From a virus (lineage: Duplodnaviria; Caudoviricetes): 64,000 bases of DNA. Shown here one piece after another: positions 1 to 6,220 of the stretch. Location of the stretch: the IMG/VR virus record IMGVR_UViG_3300042356_000309, positions 2,235 to 66,234 of that record. One strand, 5' to 3'. The notes beneath the pieces were generated by a model. The model was given only the letters and a program-made list of their open reading frames with translations. It did no database searches and was not told the origin of the DNA. Within the stretch, counting starts at the first letter, position 1. Every line of letters starts with the position of its first letter. The position numbers and the translations under genes were made by a program.

Positions 1-63
1 GTTAAGTATAACGGATGGCTTGAACGTATGTTTGAATTACAAACCAAATTAAAATAAATCACC

Positions 64-222
64 ATGAATGTAGAAATTAAAATAAGTCTAGCGAATGGAT
101 TCGACATAGACCATGCTATTCAAAGCATAACAGATGCGCTATATTACAGCGGAAACGTTACTCAGTACGAGTACGATTTGATAGACCATATATTAACCGA
201 AATTAAAAACCAAATGCCATGA
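64..222 (+). CDS. small hypothetical early protein (52 aa)
   Basis: Hand translation MNVEIKISLANGFD...; A-rich leader ending CACCATG as in other early genes; ATGA overlap with the next ORF. Confidence 0.55.
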   Translation: MNVEIKISLANGFDIDHAIQSITDALYYSGNVTQYEYDLIDHILTEIKNQMP

Positions 223-404
223 GAACAGAACAAATTTTAGAACTAGCGAGCGAGTTAGCACACGACAGAACGTTATACGAATCGGGAGACATTTGTCTAT
301 GTGAAGACGACATGTATGACGGAGAAAATTATACCGAAGAAATACAAGACCGTTTCAACGAATGGTATGACTATTACTTAACTAAAATAGAAAACGTATT
401 ATGA
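219..404 (+). CDS. acidic hypothetical early protein (61 aa)
   Basis: ORF track; ATGA coupling on both sides. Confidence 0.65.
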   Translation: MRTEQILELASELAHDRTLYESGDICLCEDDMYDGENYTEEIQDRFNEWYDYYLTKIENVL

Positions 405-559
405 GAACAATAGTTTTAAATAGTCACCTAACCATTAGCGGATACACTATAACGGGTGAGTACGATGTGATAGGTACATTCTTCCACAAGGAAACGAATG
501 AGTACATGTACGTGTTACAAGATAGGAATGATTTGAGTATATATGTAATAACTGAATAA
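401..559 (+). CDS. hypothetical protein (52 aa), homolog of 62994-63155
   Basis: LTISGYTITGEYDVIG versus LTMQGWTITGEYLLIG in the end-of-window copy. Confidence 0.7.
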   Translation: MRTIVLNSHLTISGYTITGEYDVIGTFFHKETNEYMYVLQDRNDLSIYVITE

Positions 560-570
560 AATTAAACGAC

Positions 571-942
571 ATGAAAAATTTATTAGACTTCTGCGATGCT
601 GTTTTGGAAAATGGCGGAGCAACATTCAACCTAGTACTGGGCGCAAATCCTACAACTGGATACGCAGTAAGCATGCAAGGATACGAGGACACGATTGATT
701 TGTTTGGCAACAAGGTAACACAGACTATGCTAGTCAATTCGTTTGTACGCAAGTATGTAAGCGAGCACGGATTTGAGTTGTCGCTAGTTGACTACAACTT
801 GGGCGGATGGATACACGACAAGAAGTTATACCTAGACATAAGCATAGTATTCGACAATGAGACGTATGCGAGGGAGTATGCTAAGGATAACAATCAGCTA
901 GCTTATTTTGATTTAACTAACGGAAAGGAGATAATCGTATGA
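571..942 (+). CDS. 123-aa protein, putative SAM lyase (SAMase)-like domain; homolog of 63167-63538
   Basis: GGATFN...GYxVS...LGxW...LYLDIS...A...NNQxAYFDL motifs shared with 63167-63538 and with an internal domain of the 3192-aa protein; function is inference. Confidence 0.6.
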   Translation: MKNLLDFCDAVLENGGATFNLVLGANPTTGYAVSMQGYEDTIDLFGNKVTQTMLVNSFVRKYVSEHGFELSLVDYNLGGWIHDKKLYLDISIVFDNETYAREYAKDNNQLAYFDLTNGKEIIV

Positions 943-1031
943 CAATAGTTCTTAAAATATTTTTTGTATGTTTCGTATCTTTGTTTATAATTGAGAAGTT
1001 CATTAGATTTATAGAAAGACACGGATATTAA
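939..1031 (+). CDS. 30-aa single-TM peptide, homolog of 63764-63856
   Basis: MTIVLKIFFVCFVSLFIIEKFIRFIERHGY versus MTIILKIIFVCFVSLFLIEKFIKFIEKHGY; changes are mostly synonymous or conservative. Confidence 0.7.
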   Translation: MTIVLKIFFVCFVSLFIIEKFIRFIERHGY

Positions 1032-1041
1032 AACTAATTAT

Positions 1042-1168
1042 TATGTACCAAGCAGTAATAATACCTTACGGAGTACCCGAAGAGTGGGTACTAAATGTTT
1101 TGTTCGGGAACACAGACGAGGAGCGATTAATGGAGATAGCATCTCAGCTCCTCGAACTTGGTGTTAGG
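1042..1168 (+). repeat. 127-bp exact direct repeat of the window end (63874-64000)
   Basis: Base-by-base identity from TATGTACCAAGC to GGTGTTAGG; mismatch immediately upstream. Confidence 0.95.
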
Positions 1169-1246
1169 TCGTTCACTATAACGCACTACTCACCAATCAG
1201 AGATACAGGTGTAATGATAGCAATTGAAGACATCTGTCTGAACTGA
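1043..1246 (+). CDS. hypothetical protein (67 aa)
   Basis: ORF track; start repeated at 63875. Confidence 0.65.
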   Translation: MYQAVIIPYGVPEEWVLNVLFGNTDEERLMEIASQLLELGVRSFTITHYSPIRDTGVMIAIEDICLN

Positions 1247-1270
1247 TTCTGTGCTTCACACTCATCTTCT

Positions 1271-1517
1271 GTGTCAAGATTCACTATTTTGTGACGCAAA
1301 ATGACGGAAAAATGACGCAATTTTTTGGGCTTAAATCCTTTATTATCAATACTTTATCTCTTTTTAGTGCTGAGATGTTACTATACTCAGAAAAAAAATA
1401 AAAAAATATATATAGAGAGAAGTAAAGAAGTATTATCTTAGCCGAAAAAAAATATTTATTTTTTGACGCTCGTGTCGTCACAGCGTCACTAAACGTAGTT
1501 AACTAATTAATAATCAA
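1271..1517. repeat. AT-rich non-coding element; degenerate inverted copy at 58288-58521 (candidate origin or recombination site)
   Basis: Colinear reverse-complement blocks of 11/11, 22/24 and 17/18 nt; TGACG repeats at 1291-1320; IHF-like TATCAATACTTTA near 1344-1356. Confidence 0.75.
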
Positions 1518-1556
1518 CAAGATAGGTGCTGTCACTTATCGTCATACTTTAAACAT

Positions 1557-1787
1557 ATGTCAACACCAATGAGAGAACTGATGCTACATATAGATATGTG
1601 GCTCGATGCAGGATTAAGTCTTGAGTCGTTCAAGACACACTACATGCAGGTATACTACGAGAAGGAACGGGCCACCATTATAGGTGCTCACTACGATGCG
1701 AGTATGGAGGCAGGGTTTGAACACAGCGCAGAGGACTGGGCGAACGAGTACTTCGAGATTAAGTTTGGAGACTTAAAAAATAAATAA
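1557..1787 (+). CDS. hypothetical protein, related to the two following ORFs
   Basis: ORF track; EKE-x-II...YY/YF-x-x-x-F pattern. Confidence 0.65.
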   Translation: MSTPMRELMLHIDMWLDAGLSLESFKTHYMQVYYEKERATIIGAHYDASMEAGFEHSAEDWANEYFEIKFGDLKNK

Positions 1788-1789
1788 AT

Positions 1790-1948
1790 ATGGAATTAAC
1801 ACCTGTTGAGTGGTTAGAAGAATTAATTGGTAAGAAGCATATGGATACTTTTTTAAGTAACTCAATTGATAAAGCCAAGGAAAAAGAAAAAGAATATTTA
1901 GAAAAACTTAAAGATTTCGACACATGGAAAGAATGGAAAAACAGTTGA
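1790..1948 (+). CDS. hypothetical protein (52 aa, TxVEWL...AKEKEKE type)
   Basis: Hand translation MELTPVEWLEELIG...DKAKEKEKEY. Confidence 0.65.
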   Translation: MELTPVEWLEELIGKKHMDTFLSNSIDKAKEKEKEYLEKLKDFDTWKEWKNS

Positions 1949-2151
1949 CAGCCGTAGAATGGTTGGTTGAAGAATTACAAATATGTGCAACTAAACAAGA
2001 AATGGATATTATTGACCAAGCCAAAGCAATGGAGAAGGAGCAGATAATTGAAAGTTATTGTGTAGGGTGTGCAGAGATAATAAAAGATAATAGTATATTC
2101 CCAAGAGAAACAAGTGAAAAATACTACAACGAAACCTTTAAATCAGAATAA
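1924..2151 (+). CDS. hypothetical protein (TAVEWL...AKAMEKEQII type)
   Basis: ORF track; paralog of 1790-1948; true start may be 1933. Confidence 0.7.
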   Translation: MERMEKQLTAVEWLVEELQICATKQEMDIIDQAKAMEKEQIIESYCVGCAEIIKDNSIFPRETSEKYYNETFKSE

Positions 2152-2152
2152 G

Positions 2153-2296
2153 ATGACAGACGAAGAATTTTGTGAATTATATAGTTCATACTACGGAGAA
2201 AAGGTAGATAAAGTAGGTCAAGTTGTACAAGAAGTACTAACTGGTGAAGAACTAAAAGAAATAATAGAATTTTTTATTAAACAATCTAAAACATAA
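2153..2296 (+). CDS. hypothetical protein
   Basis: ORF track 2114-2296; ATG at 2153 directly after the upstream stop. Confidence 0.55.
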   Translation: MTDEEFCELYSSYYGEKVDKVGQVVQEVLTGEELKEIIEFFIKQSKT

Positions 2297-2300
2297 TAAT

Positions 2301-2525
2301 ATGGCAAAGATAAGACTAGAGTACGACTCCAACGAAGATAGAGAAGAGATGGAGTCAGCGATCAACGGATGGAAATGGAAGATGGTTGTATGGGACTTAG
2401 ACCAACACTTGAGGTCTGAGCTGAAGTACAACGATAAAATAACTGGAGACGTGTATCTGTCACTAGAAAAGCTAAGAGACAAGCTACACGAATTTAAGAA
2501 TGAACACGGACTAATACTAGACTGA
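2301..2525 (+). CDS. conserved phage hypothetical protein
   Basis: ORF track; G-x-KW...WDLDQxLR...KY pattern. Confidence 0.7.
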   Translation: MAKIRLEYDSNEDREEMESAINGWKWKMVVWDLDQHLRSELKYNDKITGDVYLSLEKLRDKLHEFKNEHGLILD

Positions 2526-2606
2526 TATGAAGAATGAAGGAGATTTTATGTGGCTCGTGGTACTAGTTATCGGAGCAGCCATGATGTTGTTTGTAGCCTA
2601 TATGCC

Positions 2607-2852
2607 ATGACAGAGAAGGAGATAAAGATGCTGGGATTCGAGAAGAATTACGTATCAAAAGAAGAGAGTGGAAGTAACGCCTACCACTACTACACGCTTG
2701 ACATTGCGAATGGGTTGTCGTTCATATCAAGTTCAAGCGATGAGGGAGACAAATGGAGCATTAGGTTCTTCAACACTGAGCCAGAGATAGTTATAAATGA
2801 TTTTGCTAACGCTCAAAAACTAATCAATGAAATTTGTAGATATAAAACTTGA
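2607..2852 (+). CDS. hypothetical protein
   Basis: ORF track 2550-2852; ATG at 2607 (MTEKEIKMLGF) is the likelier start. Confidence 0.65.
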   Translation: MTEKEIKMLGFEKNYVSKEESGSNAYHYYTLDIANGLSFISSSSDEGDKWSIRFFNTEPEIVINDFANAQKLINEICRYKT

Positions 2853-3093
2853 GGAGTTCAGACCTATAATGATGGTCTATATAGGGACTGATTTAATAAT
2901 GCTACGTGACTGGGTAAACGATGAGACTGAGTACATACCAAACGTTAGTGGAGACATGCTCAATGACACTGCCTTGTACATGAATACAATAGGTATAACT
3001 GTCAATGGTTACTCATCGTTGAACAGGGAGAATATGTTAATTTATACTAAAAACTTTGATATTAGTATAAAGAATAATACATTTGAGAAATAG
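2827..3093 (+). CDS. hypothetical protein
   Basis: ORF track. Confidence 0.55.
   Translation: MKFVDIKLEEFRPIMMVYIGTDLIMLRDWVNDETEYIPNVSGDMLNDTALYMNTIGITVNGYSSLNRENMLIYTKNFDISIKNNTFEK
3078..3085 (+). promoter_or_regulatory. Bacteroidetes-type -7 promoter element (TACATTTG)
   Basis: Matches TAnnTTTG 13 nt upstream of the tRNA-like element. Confidence 0.6.
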
Positions 3094-3098
3094 TAAAT

Positions 3099-3213
3099 AG
3101 TCAGATGGCGTAATGAGGCATGGTAGCCGAGTCCAGAAGTCCGTTGATGCCAGACACTTGTGGTGGTCATGGAGACGTATGGTTGCTTTAGGGTTCGAGT
3201 CCCCATCTGACTA
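3099..3213 (+). ncRNA. tRNA-like RNA (115 nt) with no assignable anticodon arm
   Basis: Perfect acceptor stem AGTCAGA/TCTGACT, T-loop GGGTTCGAGTCCC and D-like TGGCGTAA...GGTAGCC; middle is oversized and non-canonical. Confidence 0.6.
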
Positions 3214-3251
3214 CACATGTTTCGTGGTGGTTACATGTTTGGTTAAGTAAG

Positions 3252-3281
3252 TCTGGAGGGGTGGTTCCCTCCAGATTTTTT
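3252..3281 (+). terminator. intrinsic terminator
   Basis: TCTGGAGGG-loop-CCCTCCAGA followed by T6. Confidence 0.85.
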
Positions 3282-3302
3282 GTCTAATTAAAATTAATTG
3301 AT

Positions 3303-3833
3303 ATGTTATACTACAAAAAGAATTTCAAGTACTACAGAGTAAAGGGTTCTCTGTTGATGATTATAGCAGGAGTAGTTATCTTCCTGCTGTACATGAAAAG
3401 CACAAAGCCAACCAAGGTGGTGAGTGTGAAAGAAAGAGTGGTGGTGCACGACTCTGACGTGTTCACGCCAGAACGTTTGTACAACTCCATCGTGGAGTGC
3501 GGAATAAAGTTTCCAGACATCGTGTACAGGCAGGCACTACTGGAGTCTGGAAGGTTCTCATCTGACATCTTTGTATGTGGCAACAACCTGTTCGGTATGA
3601 AGGTAGCCAAGCAGAGACCTACAACGGCAACAGGAGAGTACAAGGGTCACGCTGAGTACAGGGACTGGAGGGCATCCGTGCAGGACTACGCACTATTCCA
3701 GTCAGCGTTCATGCGTAAGTACAAGACAGAGGAGCAGTACTACAAGGCGTTAGGTAAGTCGTATGCTGAGGATGACAGCTACATTAGGTTATTAAAAAAC
3801 ATGAGCGATACACTGCTCAATAAAAACAAGTAA
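3303..3833 (+). CDS. GH73-type glucosaminidase/muramidase with N-terminal membrane anchor
   Basis: QALLESG, NNLFGMK, SVQDY and YAEDxxY motifs; hydrophobic LLMIIAGVVIFLLY segment. Confidence 0.8.
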   Translation: MLYYKKNFKYYRVKGSLLMIIAGVVIFLLYMKSTKPTKVVSVKERVVVHDSDVFTPERLYNSIVECGIKFPDIVYRQALLESGRFSSDIFVCGNNLFGMKVAKQRPTTATGEYKGHAEYRDWRASVQDYALFQSAFMRKYKTEEQYYKALGKSYAEDDSYIRLLKNMSDTLLNKNK

Positions 3834-3834
3834 T

Positions 3835-4020
3835 ATGGCAGATATAACAATGTGTGACGGTGGCAATTGTCCACTAAAGAAGACCTGCTACAGGTACAAG
3901 GCGATGCCATCTGAGTACAGACAGGCATACTTCTTTGAAGCACCTTACGTAGACACAAGTAATGGTGCAGTATGCGACCACTACTGGGAGCATGAAGGGG
4001 ACGACAGAGAAGAGGAGTAA
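3835..4020 (+). CDS. small Cys-rich phage protein
   Basis: DITMC...CPLKxxCYRY...C motif. Confidence 0.7.
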   Translation: MADITMCDGGNCPLKKTCYRYKAMPSEYRQAYFFEAPYVDTSNGAVCDHYWEHEGDDREEE

Positions 4021-4042
4021 ATAAACCAAAAAATTAGAAATT

Positions 4043-4435
4043 ATGAAGGCATGGGAAGAGATTGATAGAGACCCACACATAAGTCTGTACGAGACAATGA
4101 AGTCTCAGTACTACATAGACCACGGGTGCAAGATAGAACGTTTTAAGGATGGCAGGTTCGAGCTGAAGAATGTAATGACTAACTCGGACCACTATGAGGA
4201 TGTTCCAGAAGAAATTGTAGATGTTTTTGTGAACGATGGATGGTTGATAGGTGCGTTTACCATGTGTGCCCACGTATATAAGACAAGGGCGCACAAGGTA
4301 GCGTATCTAGTAGAGAGGGCGAGATTCAACGAGAACGAAGAGCTAGTAGACAGGTTGCTAAGCACTTACGAAAGACTGAAAAAAAAATATGAAGATTATG
4401 AGATGAGGATTGAAAAAATTTCTTCATCTTTGTAG
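4043..4435 (+). CDS. hypothetical protein
   Basis: ORF track; TTAGAAATTATG leader. Confidence 0.7.
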   Translation: MKAWEEIDRDPHISLYETMKSQYYIDHGCKIERFKDGRFELKNVMTNSDHYEDVPEEIVDVFVNDGWLIGAFTMCAHVYKTRAHKVAYLVERARFNENEELVDRLLSTYERLKKKYEDYEMRIEKISSSL

Positions 4436-4491
4436 CCCTAAATGGCGAGGGGTATCAAGTCGCCTTTAACTCAACTCAAATTAAATTTATT

Positions 4492-4995
4492 ATGCATTGG
4501 AGACAAAACTTCAAGGACAGCGACAAGTATCTAGGAGCTGTCGATTTATGGAACGACCAGAAGAAGGGTTACAACTCAGTTGTTGTAACAGTAGACAAGT
4601 TCTTCGTTGACGAGATGGTAGGACAGATGGGCAAGGAGCGAAAGGTATTCGCCAAGCTCAAAGAGTTCCAGAAACCTATGGTGGTCAACGTAACGAACTT
4701 CAAACGACTACAGAAACTATTCGACAGCGTAGAGCAGGATGCCTACCTTGGTAAACCTATTCAGCTTGGTGTTGAGAAGGTGTCATCACCAGAGGGTAAG
4801 GTTGACGCACTACGTTTCAGTGGACGACCAGTACAGGTAGCCAAGAAAGAGAAGGAGGTACTTACAGATGACGTGTTGCCAAAGGCAATAGCGGCACTGG
4901 AGAAGGGCTCAAGAACGCTTGACGATATCCTACTTAAGTACTCAGTAACAGAAGAACAACTTAAATCTTTGAAGGATGCAGTTCAGAACTCATAA
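4492..4995 (+). CDS. conserved phage protein, possibly ssDNA-binding/annealing
   Basis: HWR...YLGAxDL...KPMVVNxTN...ALR motifs; lies before the exonuclease and SSB. Confidence 0.6.
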   Translation: MHWRQNFKDSDKYLGAVDLWNDQKKGYNSVVVTVDKFFVDEMVGQMGKERKVFAKLKEFQKPMVVNVTNFKRLQKLFDSVEQDAYLGKPIQLGVEKVSSPEGKVDALRFSGRPVQVAKKEKEVLTDDVLPKAIAALEKGSRTLDDILLKYSVTEEQLKSLKDAVQNS

Positions 4996-5809
4996 CATAG
5001 CACCACTATTCCTTGGGACTGATGGGTTAACAGACAAACAGCAGGAGAGATTGAACGAGCTGTCTACAAGACACGCTAACTTTCTCACTGAGTCTGACCC
5101 TAAGCTCAAGGCTAAGTACAAGCTAACAGACAACATGGAGAGGGAGCTCGATGAGTTGCTCGACATGAAGGAGAAGTACGATAACGGAGACTTCGAACTA
5201 CCAGATGGAGCGAAGACCCTTATCGAGGAGTACGTAGATGCTGACGTATACCAGTACAGGACAACGTTCGACAGTAAGGAGGTTAGCAAGGGTAGAGATG
5301 AGGACGTTGAGAACGCAAGCATAGAGCTATACAATGAGGTGTACTTCACATCGCATAGGAAGATAGTTGAAGGAGATAAGTACTACGAGCTTTCTTATAA
5401 CAGTATTATTGGTCATCCAGACATCGTGTGTGAGGACACTAAGATGGTTAAGGATGCCAAGAGTTCATGGAGTAAGAAGACATTCCCTAAGACAGTAAAG
5501 AAGGCAGAGAACAGCACATATACTTGGCAGGTTCGGACCTATCTATACATGTTGCAGGGTATAACTGGTGATCGGGACTGGCGTTTTGGTGTGGTGTTTC
5601 ACGCACTTGTAGACACACCAGAGGGCTTAGTCCCAGATTACGAGGACGATAGTCTTCACGTCTCTAGCAACCTACAGGACAACATCAGAATAACTGCTGT
5701 ACCTGTGGAGCTTACAGAGGAACACGTTCGTCACATGGACAGACGTATCAAGATGGCATTGAAGTATGCAGATAATTATAAACAATTTTTATTAAACAAA
5801 AACAAATGA
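4976..5809 (+). CDS. PD-(D/E)xK exonuclease (lambda-exo/YqaJ-like)
   Basis: KG...E, GHPDI, DAKSSW and YxWQxxxY motifs. Confidence 0.8.
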   Translation: MQFRTHNIAPLFLGTDGLTDKQQERLNELSTRHANFLTESDPKLKAKYKLTDNMERELDELLDMKEKYDNGDFELPDGAKTLIEEYVDADVYQYRTTFDSKEVSKGRDEDVENASIELYNEVYFTSHRKIVEGDKYYELSYNSIIGHPDIVCEDTKMVKDAKSSWSKKTFPKTVKKAENSTYTWQVRTYLYMLQGITGDRDWRFGVVFHALVDTPEGLVPDYEDDSLHVSSNLQDNIRITAVPVELTEEHVRHMDRRIKMALKYADNYKQFLLNKNK

Positions 5810-6156
5810 ATCAATTCAAATTAAGTGGCACAATCAAGATGATTGGCGAAAAGAAAGAGGTAAGCGATAAGTTTGCCAAGAGAGAATTCGTTGTAACGAT
5901 TAACGAGACAGACAAGTATCCTCAAGACATTATGATGCAGTTAACCAACGCCAAGTGCGATGAGTTGAACAGCTTCATGGAGGGTCAGTCTGTTGACGTA
6001 TCGTTCAACCTTCGAGGAAGGGAGTGGACAAGTCCACAGGGTGAGGTGAAGTACTTCAATACTATTGAGGCTTGGAGAATAGAGCTACAGGGTGGGGATG
6101 CTGTAGCTCCTGCTCCAACAGTAGTTGCTGAGGATGGCGATGACCTCCCTTTCTAA
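5806..6156 (+). CDS. single-stranded DNA-binding protein (DUF3127-like)
   Basis: FxKREFV, YPQ, FNLRGREW and YFNTIEAWRI motifs; acidic DDLPF tail. Confidence 0.85.
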   Translation: MNQFKLSGTIKMIGEKKEVSDKFAKREFVVTINETDKYPQDIMMQLTNAKCDELNSFMEGQSVDVSFNLRGREWTSPQGEVKYFNTIEAWRIELQGGDAVAPAPTVVAEDGDDLPF

Positions 6157-6165
6157 TTGATCAAC

Positions 6166-6198
6166 GGCTACCCATCACAATGGTGGGTAGCTTTTCTT
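6166..6198 (+). terminator. intrinsic terminator
   Basis: GGCTACCCATCA-CAA-TGGTGGGTAGCT followed by TTTCTT. Confidence 0.75.
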
Positions 6199-6220
6199 AA
6201 CGGTCTTAATAAAAATTTTT

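Noticed and set aside
3099-3213. Canonical tRNA with assignable anticodon
   Set aside because: Too long and no 5-bp stem/7-nt anticodon loop found; reported as tRNA-like instead.
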